DNA from: Candidatus Hydrogenedentota bacterium
GTDB taxonomy: Bacteria; Hydrogenedentota; Hydrogenedentia; Hydrogenedentales; SLHB01
Direction of reading: 5' to 3'
Length of the DNA stretch: 64,000 nucleotides
Assembly (NCBI GenBank): GCA_963674865.2
Contig: CAXXYE010000009.1
Coordinates: 608,001 to 672,000, forward strand
How positions within the stretch are numbered: the stretch's first letter is position 1; every line of letters begins with the position of its first letter. This document shows, piece by piece, positions 43,526 to 53,423 of this stretch. A program made the position numbers and the translations under genes. The notes beneath the pieces were generated by a model. The model made no database searches. It worked only from the letters and a program-made list of their open reading frames with translations, and was not told where the DNA came from.

Positions 43526-45036
43526 CGGAAAAGCGCCCCAACATCCTGCTCATCACGAGCGATCAGCAGCACTTCGATACGCTTGGCGTAACGAATTCTC
43601 GCATCCAGACGCCCGCCTTGGATCGCCTCGCCGCCGAGGGCACGCGGTTCGACAGGGCCTACACCTGCAATCCCGTCTGCTCGCCGGCCCGCTCGAGCAT
43701 CATCACCGGCCTGTATCCGGCCTGGCACCACTGCTGGACTATCGGCGTCAAGCTGCCGGAGGACGTGCCCACCGTGGGCGACCTCTTCCAGCAACACGGA
43801 TATCACACTTGCCTCGTAGGCAAGGCCCATTTCCAGCCTCTGGCATCTCAGCCGGGCAGCGAGTCGCTCGAGTGCCAGCCCACCTTGCGCGACCTGGATT
43901 TCTGGCGCGGCTTCCACGGGCCTTGGTACGGCTTCGAACACGTCGAGGTCGCCCGCAATCACGCGGACGAATCGCACGCCGGCCAGCATTACGGCATCTG
44001 GATGGAGGAGAAGGGGCTCGATAACTGGCTGGACTATTTCTGGGAATGGCCCCACCGGCCCGATGGCATCCGGCGTAAACACGCGTGGGATCTCCCGGAA
44101 GCCTTTCATTACAGCGTGTGGACGGCCGAGCGGACTATCGCCAACATCGAGCGATCCGTGGCCGAGAACAAGCCCTTCTTCCTGTGGTCGAGTTTCCAGG
44201 ATCCGCACCCACCGTACCTCGTCTCTGAGCCGTGGGCGTCCATGTACCGGCCTGAGGATATGCAGCCCGGACGCCTCGAATCCGGCGAAATGGACAAGAT
44301 GCCCCCGCATTTTCAGAAGACTCAGGAAGAGAATCCCGATTTCTCCATGTACCGCGAAACGTACGGCCCCCACGGGTTCCATTCGCATCTTGTCGCCGAG
44401 GCCGACCTGCGCAAGAACATGGCCGTCTACTACGGCATGATCAGCCTCATGGATCGCGAGATCGGGCGCATCCTCGACGCCCTCGACAGGTTCGGCATCG
44501 CCGAGAACACCCTCGTCGTGTTCTCGACGGATCATGGCCACTTCCTGGGGCAGCATGGGCTTATCGCCAAAGGCGCGTTCCACTATGAAGACATGATCAA
44601 GCTGCCCATGCTCGCCCGGTATCCCGGCGTCATTCCCGCGGGTGGGGTGTCGTCCGCGCTGCAATCCAACGTCGATTACGCGCCAACCTTCCTCGACGCC
44701 GCTGGGATTCCCGTCCCCGGCCTGATGCAGGGCCGCAGCCAGCTCGACGCCTGGCGCGGCGGCGTGCCGGGTGTGCGCGAGCACGTCATCGTCGAAAACC
44801 GCCACGAGCCGACGAAGGTCCACCTCCGCACCTACGTGGACCGGCGCTATAAGTTAACCGTCTATCGCGATGCGGAATGCGGCGAGTTATTTGATCTTGA
44901 GCAAGATCCCGGCGAGGTCCAAAACCTGTGGGATGATCCGGCCGCCGCGGCACTCAAGGCCGATCTCCTCCACCGGTTCATGCAGGCCGAACTCCAGCGC
45001 GAACCGACGCGTATGCCCCGTATTTGGGGGGCCTAG
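43522..45036 (+). CDS. Sulfatase (Cys-type formylglycine)
   Basis: PNILLITSDQ, CSPARSSIITG, GKAH, DPHPP and TDHG; ATGA overlap with the previous gene. Confidence 0.92.
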   Translation: MTEKRPNILLITSDQQHFDTLGVTNSRIQTPALDRLAAEGTRFDRAYTCNPVCSPARSSIITGLYPAWHHCWTIGVKLPEDVPTVGDLFQQHGYHTCLVGKAHFQPLASQPGSESLECQPTLRDLDFWRGFHGPWYGFEHVEVARNHADESHAGQHYGIWMEEKGLDNWLDYFWEWPHRPDGIRRKHAWDLPEAFHYSVWTAERTIANIERSVAENKPFFLWSSFQDPHPPYLVSEPWASMYRPEDMQPGRLESGEMDKMPPHFQKTQEENPDFSMYRETYGPHGFHSHLVAEADLRKNMAVYYGMISLMDREIGRILDALDRFGIAENTLVVFSTDHGHFLGQHGLIAKGAFHYEDMIKLPMLARYPGVIPAGGVSSALQSNVDYAPTFLDAAGIPVPGLMQGRSQLDAWRGGVPGVREHVIVENRHEPTKVHLRTYVDRRYKLTVYRDAECGELFDLEQDPGEVQNLWDDPAAAALKADLLHRFMQAELQREPTRMPRIWGA

Positions 45037-45114
45037 GCCGATGGCGACGGTAAACCGGGCCGTCCCCGTTGTGTGCTACTCAACGCGGCCGCGACTCATC
45101 TCGGCGGCCCGTTC

Positions 45115-46260
45115 ATGAGCACTCTCGCGGAATACGGATTCTGGGACTACACCACGCCCGGCGCCGGCGGCATCGAGCAGTTCAGCCGCGATGACTATCT
45201 CACGCTCCTGGATGATATGGCCGCAGCGGCGATGGATTCCCTCATGATCTGCGTCAAGTGGTCCACGACGGGCTACCGCTCTTGCCTGCCCTTTCTCGAT
45301 CAGTTGTCCGGCAATCCCGTCATCGCATCCGACAACGCCCTCTTGCGCGAAGTCATCGACGAAGCCGCCGCCCGAGGCATCAAGGTTTGGCTCGGGGCGG
45401 TGGTCAGCATCTACGCGGCGGAGAAGTACGGCATCGCCCCCTACGAGATGCATGAGATGACGCTCCCCGGCACCGCGCCACTCGGAGTCGGCGTGTACGA
45501 TGCCGACAGCTCCGAGTTCACCGAGCGTGCCGTTCAGATTGCGGAGGAACTCATCACGCTCTTCCCCGGCATCCACGGCCTTGAGATCGAGATGGAGGGC
45601 AGCGGAAAGGGCCTGCCTCACCGCGCCGCTGCGTATAACGCCTGGGCCGAGGCCAACGGGCGCGTCCCGTTTGAGCAGCTTGGACGCCCCCTGGATCCGC
45701 GTCCTTTCGATGTCCCCGACTGGCGCGACTACGCCACTGCGCGCCGCCTGGATACGCTTGAAGCCATCGAGCGCGCTGTCCGCGCCAACGGCTTCTCCGG
45801 CAAGCTCGCGACCATCCTCGAAACCGCCGCCACGCCTTACGCCGCGGGGCAAGAGATCAACTTGGACGTGTTCAAAGGCCGCTGCCCGACCTGGACGGCG
45901 ATCACGTACGAATACGACAAGTGGCGTCACCGCCATGCGATGATGGACTTCTGTATCGAGCAGCCTAGGAGCGCCGGTATCCCCGTCCACTACCTTCCGC
46001 GCGGCGTCATGACATGGACGTACGGCTGCGACTGGCCCCTGCCCATCGCTCTCGAAGAGAGCTGGCGCCGCGATATCGAGGACGTCGCGCGCTTCCGGCC
46101 CGACGGCCTATGGTGGTTTGGGGCGGGCGCCGTCGGCGAAGGCGCGCACGTCAGCACTTCGCGGCTGAATGCGATCGGATACACCGATGGCGTGGCCGCG
46201 CGCCGCGCGCTGCTGAAGGCCGCCGAACCTCTCCGAACGCGTCCGCTCAAAGCGTCCTGA
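45115..46260 (+). CDS. Hypothetical protein, probable TIM-barrel glycoside hydrolase-like fold
   Basis: Pattern DYLTLLDDM...LLREVIDEAAARGIKVWLG; codirectional with the sulfatases. Confidence 0.55.
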   Translation: MSTLAEYGFWDYTTPGAGGIEQFSRDDYLTLLDDMAAAAMDSLMICVKWSTTGYRSCLPFLDQLSGNPVIASDNALLREVIDEAAARGIKVWLGAVVSIYAAEKYGIAPYEMHEMTLPGTAPLGVGVYDADSSEFTERAVQIAEELITLFPGIHGLEIEMEGSGKGLPHRAAAYNAWAEANGRVPFEQLGRPLDPRPFDVPDWRDYATARRLDTLEAIERAVRANGFSGKLATILETAATPYAAGQEINLDVFKGRCPTWTAITYEYDKWRHRHAMMDFCIEQPRSAGIPVHYLPRGVMTWTYGCDWPLPIALEESWRRDIEDVARFRPDGLWWFGAGAVGEGAHVSTSRLNAIGYTDGVAARRALLKAAEPLRTRPLKAS

Positions 46261-46361
46261 ACAACCGGCCAGCGAAGCGCGCTTGTAGCTCGCGCGGCGC
46301 ATATTCACCCCGCCGCTTGGCTCCTCGATATAGGCCCGCCTGAATCGATACGCGGAAACTC

Positions 46362-47807
46362 TCAGGATGCGTTATCGAAGAACGCCTGGATAACCTGGCC
46401 GATATCGGTGTTGTCGAGGTAGGCGCCGTGAACCGGATCGGTGCCCGTCGCCCGTGCCTTGAAGTCCTCCGCGCCGGCGCCGCGGATGTAGAAAGGCACG
46501 AGGCTGTTGGTGTGTCCGCCTCTGTACCACACGGCGCCCGGCATCCGGCCCTTGCCGCGATTCTCCAGTGGTTTCCACTCCGGATCCGAGTCAGGCCCCC
46601 AAATGTAACCGCAGTCGTGGTCGGCGGTGATGATAACCAGGTTCTCGTCCCAGCCGCCGTTCGCTTCGACCCAATCGATCACGGCGTCAACCGCCCCGTG
46701 GAAATCGATCTGCTCCTCAATCATGCGCCCCAGTTGGTTGCGGTGGCTGGCCCAGTCAATCGCGCCGCCCTCGATCATGAGGAAGAGTCCATCCGGGTCT
46801 TGCCCGAGCACGGCAAGCGCGCCGCGCGTCATTTCCGCCAGCGTCGGCACGGTTTCAATGAGCGGCGTCTCGTAGGGGGCGTCGTCCTCCGGCTTCCCGT
46901 CGAGGGACGCTCGCCGCTCCTGCGTGGTCTTGAAGGCTTGCACGATGCCCGCCACACGCTTGGGGGGATTCTTCACCAAGTCCTTGAACTCTTCCCGCGT
47001 CTGTACCAAGCTCCAGCCGTCAGGCGTGCCGTCGCCGTCGGCGTCCGCCATGGGCGTGCCCGCCTCGAGATCGCGCCAGGTCTCCTCGCCGCCAACATAC
47101 CAATAGCGCTTTGCTCGCTTCCCCTCATCCTCCTCAGGCGGTTGGCGCACACCGTCCGAATCAAAGTCGGGATGTCCCGCCCCCATGATGACATCGACTG
47201 CACTCTCGCGAAACATTTCGTTCCCAATCTCATCGCAGTTGCTGCGGGACTCGTTGTGAGCGACAAAGCCGGCCGGCGTCGCGTGGGAGACCTCCACTGT
47301 CGTGATCACTCCCGTCGCTTTGCCGCACGCCTCAGCCGCCTCGACCGCGTTACGAACGGGCTGCTTCCCCGGATCCACCCCAATGGCCTTCGAGTACGTC
47401 TTCATGCCGGAGGCCATGGCCGTCGCGGCGGCGGCGCTGTCCGTGGCGCCTTGCCGGCAATTCTCGAACTTGGCCCAGATCTCTTCCGGCTCGTATGCGC
47501 CGCCGTCCGGGTAGGTGGTCATCGCCAATGAAGTGAACGTCTGCTGATAGCGCTGCGCGCCGGCCTCGCCATCCTGGTAGTAGTTCGTTGCGAGTACGTG
47601 GTTGAAACTGCAACCGTCGGAGATCATCACGATGACATTGCGCGGCCCGCTACCTTGGACGGGCGGCGTGCCCTTGCGCGGCGTTTGAGTCTGGCTATAC
47701 TCAGTCGTGGTCGTGGCGCAAGACACGCACAGCGCCGCCAAGAGGGCCATGACGAACCAACGAATACCGGACTTGGCTGAGATCAGACGGGATAGCGAAG
47801 CACTCAT
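46362..47807 (-). CDS. Alkaline phosphatase (PhoA family), predicted lipoprotein
   Basis: ISDG, TDSAAAAT (catalytic Ser), HATPA, EGGAIDWASH, ADH and HTN; lipobox-like VSC. Confidence 0.92.
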   Translation of the reverse strand: MSASLSRLISAKSGIRWFVMALLAALCVSCATTTTEYSQTQTPRKGTPPVQGSGPRNVIVMISDGCSFNHVLATNYYQDGEAGAQRYQQTFTSLAMTTYPDGGAYEPEEIWAKFENCRQGATDSAAAATAMASGMKTYSKAIGVDPGKQPVRNAVEAAEACGKATGVITTVEVSHATPAGFVAHNESRSNCDEIGNEMFRESAVDVIMGAGHPDFDSDGVRQPPEEDEGKRAKRYWYVGGEETWRDLEAGTPMADADGDGTPDGWSLVQTREEFKDLVKNPPKRVAGIVQAFKTTQERRASLDGKPEDDAPYETPLIETVPTLAEMTRGALAVLGQDPDGLFLMIEGGAIDWASHRNQLGRMIEEQIDFHGAVDAVIDWVEANGGWDENLVIITADHDCGYIWGPDSDPEWKPLENRGKGRMPGAVWYRGGHTNSLVPFYIRGAGAEDFKARATGTDPVHGAYLDNTDIGQVIQAFFDNAS

Positions 47808-48217
47808 TATTCACCTCAAAGGTTAATGGCGGGGCCCTTTACGCAAGGCATCGCGTTGCGATGTCTGATACGGCCCATCGGGAAGTCTGCGTTAGGGCCA
47901 CGCACGGAGGGGGCTGGAGGCCATGGGGCCTGGACAGCGCCACAATACTCGACACGCCCTCAATGGGGCCAACTCCACAACATACACAGTAGAACAACAA
48001 AACACAAGTCGCCTTTGCAGGCGCCCCGGCCACATTAGCTGCCCTTGCCCGGCAAGGCCTTCCAGGGGCTACTGATGAAACAACTCGCATCGACAGAAAA
48101 TTCTTGGCAGCGACAGCGAGAAGGAGGGTCGAGGTAGGCGCCGGCTTCCCATGCTTGATTACCACCGGGATACACCTTCAAGAAGGGCGCAAGAGCTGTC
48201 CGCGCCTCGCTGCTGCT

Positions 48218-49576
48218 CTAAGGTGCACTCGCGAAGAAGCCCATGATTACCTGGCCGATATCGGTATTGTCGAGGTAGGCGCCGTAGACTGGATCCTCGC
48301 CCGTAGCCCGCATCAGGAAGGCCCAGGCGCCGGCGCCATGGACGTAAAACGGCACTAGGCTATTCGTATGGTTCCAACTGTACCATGCCGCGCCGGGCAT
48401 CTCGCCTTGGCCGTGATTCTCCACGGGCATCCACGCCGGATCCGAACCAGGCCCCCAGAGATAGCCGCAGTCATGATCGGCGGTAATGACTACCAGGTTT
48501 TCCCGCCAGCCGCCATGTGCCTCAACCCAATCGATTACCGCGTCAACGGCCCCATGAAAATCACTCTGTTCCTCGATCATACGTCCCAATTCGTTATTAT
48601 GGCTGGCCCAGTCAACGGCTCCGCCTTCGATCATAAGGAAGAAGCCGTCGGGGTCCTGCTCCAAGACCGCAAGCGCGCCACGCGTCATTTCCGCAAGCGT
48701 CGGCACCGTCTCGGTGAGGGGCGTCTCGTAGGGGGCATCATCCGTCGGGCTGCCATCGAGAGCGGTTCGCTGTTGCTGCGATGTCTTAAAAGCCTGCATC
48801 ACGCCCGCCACGCGCTTGTAGGGGTCTTCCGCCAATCTCTGAAACTCTTCCCGTGTCTGCAACAGCCTCCAGCCATCGGGCGTTCCATCACCATCCGCAT
48901 CCGCCATGGGCGTGCCTGCCTGGATATCACGCCAAGTCTCTTCCCCGCCGACGTATACATAGCGCGCCGATTGCGCCTCCACATCCTCCTCAGGCGGTTG
49001 CCACGCGCCATCTGAATCGAAAGCCGGGTGGCCGGCCCCCATGATGACGTCCACAGCGCTTTCGCGAAACATCTCGGCCGCGATTGCCGCGTAGTTGCCG
49101 CGCAGCCCGTTGTGTGCGACGAAGCCCGCCGGCGTGGCGTGGGAAACTTGCACCGTCGTAATGACTCCCGTCGCCTTGCCACACGCCTCGGCTGCCTCGA
49201 CGATGTTGCGGATGGGCCGGCCCTGCGTATCCACTCCGATGGCTCCCCGGTACGTCTTCACCCCCGTGGCCATAGCCGTTGCCGCGGCGGCGCTATCGGT
49301 GGCCCCCTCCAGGAGTGTATCGAAATCAGTCCAGGCGCTCTCCGGGTCGTACACGCCGCCATTGGGATAGGTGGTCATAGCCAGGAGGCTAAACGTCTGC
49401 TGATAGCGCTGGGCACCGGCTTCGCCGTCCTCGTAGAAGTTCGTTGCCAGCACATGGTTGAAGCTGCAGCCGTCGGAGATCATCACGATCACATTTCGCG
49501 GCACGGTGCAAGACGCGCAAAACAGCGTCAAGACACCCGCCATGATCCACCGCACGTAGTTTTCGCGTCGACGCAT
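48218..49576 (-). CDS. Alkaline phosphatase (PhoA family), paralog of the adjacent gene
   Basis: Same motif set as 46362-47807; lipobox-like ASC; start uncertain. Confidence 0.9.
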   Translation of the reverse strand: MRRRENYVRWIMAGVLTLFCASCTVPRNVIVMISDGCSFNHVLATNFYEDGEAGAQRYQQTFSLLAMTTYPNGGVYDPESAWTDFDTLLEGATDSAAAATAMATGVKTYRGAIGVDTQGRPIRNIVEAAEACGKATGVITTVQVSHATPAGFVAHNGLRGNYAAIAAEMFRESAVDVIMGAGHPAFDSDGAWQPPEEDVEAQSARYVYVGGEETWRDIQAGTPMADADGDGTPDGWRLLQTREEFQRLAEDPYKRVAGVMQAFKTSQQQRTALDGSPTDDAPYETPLTETVPTLAEMTRGALAVLEQDPDGFFLMIEGGAVDWASHNNELGRMIEEQSDFHGAVDAVIDWVEAHGGWRENLVVITADHDCGYLWGPGSDPAWMPVENHGQGEMPGAAWYSWNHTNSLVPFYVHGAGAWAFLMRATGEDPVYGAYLDNTDIGQVIMGFFASAP

Positions 49577-49755
49577 TGGATTGGCCATCTCCAAGCTCAC
49601 ATCGTTAACGATAGGATTTTCCACCTAGGATAGCAGAACGCCATATGTCATCATGCGCATGTCTTGTGCATTGAGCCTCCGCCAGAAACCACCTATTGAA
49701 GCGGCCCGTCGTGTGTGCTAAAACCTGCACCGGCGCAACACAAGGAGAGCTATTG

Positions 49756-50598
49756 ATGAAGACAATCATGCACAGTTATACATTCCGGGCCTATCCTCTC
49801 GAGGAAGCTTTCAGAAATGCGGCGCGCTTCGGATGGGAAGGGATCGAACTGCAGCCTTGCCATTTCGACCGCCAAGACGTCGTCAACGAACTGCCCCGCT
49901 GCGTAGCCGTGGGACAGGAATACGGCGTGCCCATTGAGTGCCTCGATTTCGGCGGGGATTTCATCAACGACGATCCCGCCGTCCGCGAAGCGGCGGTGGC
50001 GCAGGTGGGCGCCGCCATCGACGCCGCTGCCGATAACCGCGTTCTTCTCATGAATGGCTCGGCCGGCTCGCTGCGGGTCGACGACGAGGATTACGCCAAG
50101 AACGGCTCCGCCTTGGCTACGGACGTCCATTACGACCGCGCGGCCGACGCGTTCCGTCATCTCGGCGCCAAGGCTGCCGAGCGAGGCGTTACCATCTGCT
50201 TCGAGATTCACATGAACACCATCCATGACACCATTGCCGCGACGGCCCACCTCCTCGACAAGATCGGCTGCGATAATGTCATGGCCAATCCGGATCCCGC
50301 CAACATGTTCAGCAATAGCCGAGGCGAGCGCGATCCCGAGGCCCTCGACGCCCTTGTGGGACGGATCGGCTATTTCCATTTCAAGAACTGCGTCGAATTC
50401 GCCGGGAAGTACAACTACAGCGTCCGCCTCACCGACGGCCACATCGATTTCAGCAAGTATATTGAGAAGCTCTTTGCGCTCGGATTCGACGGCCCGGTGT
50501 GTGTTGAGTACTGCGGCGCGGGCGATCCGCACGTAGCCGCCGAGGAGGACCTGCGCTATCTCAGGCAAACCATCGAGTGGATTACGGCCCGCAGGTAG
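49756..50598 (+). CDS. Sugar phosphate isomerase/epimerase (xylose-isomerase-like TIM barrel)
   Basis: GWEGIEL, FEIH, DPAN, HFKN, GHIDF and VEY; RBS AAGGAG. Confidence 0.85.
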   Translation: MKTIMHSYTFRAYPLEEAFRNAARFGWEGIELQPCHFDRQDVVNELPRCVAVGQEYGVPIECLDFGGDFINDDPAVREAAVAQVGAAIDAAADNRVLLMNGSAGSLRVDDEDYAKNGSALATDVHYDRAADAFRHLGAKAAERGVTICFEIHMNTIHDTIAATAHLLDKIGCDNVMANPDPANMFSNSRGERDPEALDALVGRIGYFHFKNCVEFAGKYNYSVRLTDGHIDFSKYIEKLFALGFDGPVCVEYCGAGDPHVAAEEDLRYLRQTIEWITARR

Positions 50599-50880
50599 GT
50601 ATGAGTCCGGTGGCCGGGCGGCCAATTGCGCCGTGCGTCAAGTCATTGGAGGCAAAGGTTTTGGCTAGATGGGCGTGCTCACCTGACGTTTGGACAGGCT
50701 TCACGAGGTGAAGTCGATGGGAAACTCCTGAGAGCGCGACACTGTCGAGTTAGCCGGCGATTACGGGTATAATTAAGGTTCTCCAGAGACTGCGGGATCG
50801 CCGGATGTCCCCCCCTAAACGCGTGTACGGCGCGACGGGCGTTTCAGGCGCGGCCCCGTTCAAGAAGGCAATACGTTTAC

Positions 50881-51894
50881 GTGAGCGAAAGAGCGAGCGC
50901 GAGCCAGATTCTCGCCGAAGTGATCCAGGCCAATTATGACCTGGGCGAGGTCACGCTGCCCGAAGCATTGACGGCGGCGCACCAGCGGCGCCACCGCAAG
51001 CTTACCGTCCAGACCTCCGTGGGCAAGTTCCTCGTCAAGACCTACAAGCGCGATCCACATGTCCTGGATGCCTTGCGCTTCCAACATCGCCTCTCCGATC
51101 ATCTGAAGAAGAATGACCTCCCCGTGGCTGAGATTCAGCCGGCGAAGAATGGCAAACGCATCGTCGAGGTGGACGACTGGGCGCTTGAGCTTCAGAAGTT
51201 CGTGGAAGGCGATCCGCTGAGGAAGGTTTCCTCTGAAAGCCTGGCCGTCTCCGCCAGGGCGCTTGGCCAATTTCACCGAGTCTGCCGTGATTTTCCACGG
51301 CCCGAACGCGACGCCCGCATGTGGCGCTTCAGCGAGGTGCCCCGAGCCACCTTTGGACAACTCTTCGAATTGGCACGCCGTGAGAGCGATGACGATGCCT
51401 TGCTAACCGAGCAGTGCAACCGGATTGCCCTGTTCCTCCGCGACGCGGCCAACGAACTGAGTTGGGAGACACGGGCCAATTTCGAAACCGGCCTCATTCA
51501 TGGGGACTGGCACGGAGGAAACCTGATCTTTCAGGGCGACCACCTCGTGGGCATCGTCGATCTCGAATTCGCCGGGGACGGATGCTATCTCGAAGACTTG
51601 GCCTACGCCCTATCCAACCTATGTATCCGGACCACCATGCGTGGGGAACGACTCACTAAGCGCACCGATGTGCTCCTTGTACACTACCAGCGTTTTCGCC
51701 GCCTCTCGTTCGCGGAACACGTCGCGCTCTACTATGCGGTAGGGGTCAAGCACGTGGCCACGGTTTCCTACCAGATCTCCCAGCAGCAGGGCGAGGTCGC
51801 CGGCCATCGCGCGCCCGAATGGATGGAACGGCTGGCGTCCCAATGCGAATGGCTCGCGGAACGCGCCGACAAGGTCCGCTGGGGAAAACTCTGA
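50881..51894 (+). CDS. APH/choline-kinase superfamily phosphotransferase (homoserine kinase type II-like)
   Basis: LGQFH, Brenner motif IHGDWHGGN, and IVDLEF. Confidence 0.85.
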   Translation: MSERASASQILAEVIQANYDLGEVTLPEALTAAHQRRHRKLTVQTSVGKFLVKTYKRDPHVLDALRFQHRLSDHLKKNDLPVAEIQPAKNGKRIVEVDDWALELQKFVEGDPLRKVSSESLAVSARALGQFHRVCRDFPRPERDARMWRFSEVPRATFGQLFELARRESDDDALLTEQCNRIALFLRDAANELSWETRANFETGLIHGDWHGGNLIFQGDHLVGIVDLEFAGDGCYLEDLAYALSNLCIRTTMRGERLTKRTDVLLVHYQRFRRLSFAEHVALYYAVGVKHVATVSYQISQQQGEVAGHRAPEWMERLASQCEWLAERADKVRWGKL

Positions 51895-51912
51895 GTCCGG
51901 CCTGAGGGGGCG

Positions 51913-53091
51913 TCAAAGAAACGCTTCGAGGTCCGCGTAGTTCTTGATTCCGAACAGGTCCTCGTTGCAGGGCGCCGTTCCGCCACTCCTGTCGTGTATA
52001 TCGCGGTCGATGTAGTACTCGTTGTGCGGTTTGAAGCCGGGGATGGTTATCACGTTGACGAACACATCCATCCCGCGATGTCCCATGCCCGGCGGAATGC
52101 AGACGAAGGAGCCCGGCTCCAATTCAAATGTCTCGTACCGGCGCGGATCTCGGAGATCCGGGTACACGACGAGGCGTGCTTGACGGCCGTACGTGTTCAG
52201 TCCGTAAGTCTCCGGATCCAATACAAGGTAGATCTCGTGTTGCGCGAGGCCGCCGCCAATCGCCCGAACAGGGTGGAAATGGGTCGGCGATGTTTCCTTC
52301 GCGATGTTGACCACGTGGCTGTTGACGAAATTCAGCCCGTCGCCTGTCTCGCCCGGCAGGTTCATATACCACGTGAGCGGCAAGCGCCGGAACGGGTCGA
52401 AATCGAAATTGCAGCCGCCCGAACTATCTCGCAGATAGCGTAGCCGCATCACGGCGGGCACATGGCTCTCGACGCGGCCCGCCTGCTCCACCGTGACGCA
52501 GGAGAACCGCCCCCGCACCCGCAGATGCTCGTCGCCCGCTACGACGAGCTGGTCGCCCGCCATGACGCGTTCATACGAGGAGGAGTTCTTCACCGAATGT
52601 CCGCACTCGCGATAAACGCCGAACAGGAACGAGATCGCGCCGTCGACTTCCTCGTCATCCGACCAAGGCCGCGGGGCGTGCTCCAGCTTCCACAGGTCGT
52701 TGGCAAAATCGCCCACGTAGGCGCCGTCCCGGCGCCGCGCCAGAATCGCCTGGACGGGAGACTGCGCCTCCGCGCGCACGGTGGAAAGGGCGCGCTCCAA
52801 GAGCGCTAGCCGCTCCGCAAGGGCTGCATCCATCGCTTCCGCTCGGTATTCGGGCGGCAGCGCGTGGCCGTCTCCCTCCTTCGTCCGGTGGCCCGCAGGC
52901 AAGAAGACGTCACCTTCGCCGGAGTAGATCCAGAAAACCTTCATCCCCCCGGTGGCTGGCCTGAGGACTGTCTCCTCCCCGGTTACCTCCAAGCGGTCGA
53001 ACTGTAGGCCCTCCACAGACATCTCAAGATGCCGGCAGAGTTCGTTAAACGCTTCGGCCTTGTCTAGGTGGCACATATGTACCTGATCCAT
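51913..53091 (-). CDS. Hypothetical protein with a C-terminal metal-binding cupin domain
   Basis: THFHP...HEIYLVL and IPPGMGHRG cupin motifs; an N-terminal FWIYSGEG may be a degenerate first cupin. Confidence 0.65.
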   Translation of the reverse strand: MDQVHMCHLDKAEAFNELCRHLEMSVEGLQFDRLEVTGEETVLRPATGGMKVFWIYSGEGDVFLPAGHRTKEGDGHALPPEYRAEAMDAALAERLALLERALSTVRAEAQSPVQAILARRRDGAYVGDFANDLWKLEHAPRPWSDDEEVDGAISFLFGVYRECGHSVKNSSSYERVMAGDQLVVAGDEHLRVRGRFSCVTVEQAGRVESHVPAVMRLRYLRDSSGGCNFDFDPFRRLPLTWYMNLPGETGDGLNFVNSHVVNIAKETSPTHFHPVRAIGGGLAQHEIYLVLDPETYGLNTYGRQARLVVYPDLRDPRRYETFELEPGSFVCIPPGMGHRGMDVFVNVITIPGFKPHNEYYIDRDIHDRSGGTAPCNEDLFGIKNYADLEAFL

Positions 53092-53184
53092 ACCGGGCAC
53101 CCTTTCTTTCTGCGCCCGCAGCGCGTTGGGGCGCCCTGCTTGCACAGGGCCCGTTGGGCGTTGTAGCCACTCAAAAAAACAGGG

Positions 53185-53213
53185 GTGAAACACAAAGCCA
53201 ATCGTGCTATGAT
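53185..53213 (+). promoter_or_regulatory. Putative promoter of the small peptide gene
   Basis: GTGAAA-17 nt-TATGAT with an extended -10 (TGCTATGAT). Confidence 0.45.
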
Positions 53214-53267
53214 CTCTTTCGTAAGAGCCTCAATCAGATCAACCGCTAGTATGGAGATCTCAAAAAC

Positions 53268-53423
53268 ATGCGGCATATCAAGACTGTCTCACGCCGGCCC
53301 GCGAAAGCCGCGGTCCCAATCGACGTCATTCTCGAGATCATCACCTTGGTATCGTCGGTGGTGGCCGTGATCGCCCAGTTCACCGACAGTTTCGAGGGGA
53401 AGGACAAAGAAGAATCCGCCTAG
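53268..53423 (+). CDS. Small 51-aa amphipathic peptide (not in the ORF track)
   Basis: MRHIKTVSRRPAKAAVPIDVILEIITLVSSVVAVIAQFTDSFEGKDKEESA; GGAGA RBS, upstream promoter-like motif, G/C-ending codon bias; occupies an otherwise empty gap. Confidence 0.65.
   Translation: MRHIKTVSRRPAKAAVPIDVILEIITLVSSVVAVIAQFTDSFEGKDKEESA

Noticed and set aside
43357..44823. 488-aa minus-strand ORF
   Set aside because: Antisense shadow of a sulfatase gene.
48128..48143. 16-nt match (GTCGAGGTAGGCGCCG) to the 3' region of both phosphatase genes
   Set aside because: The similarity does not extend convincingly; it could be a duplication scar or chance.
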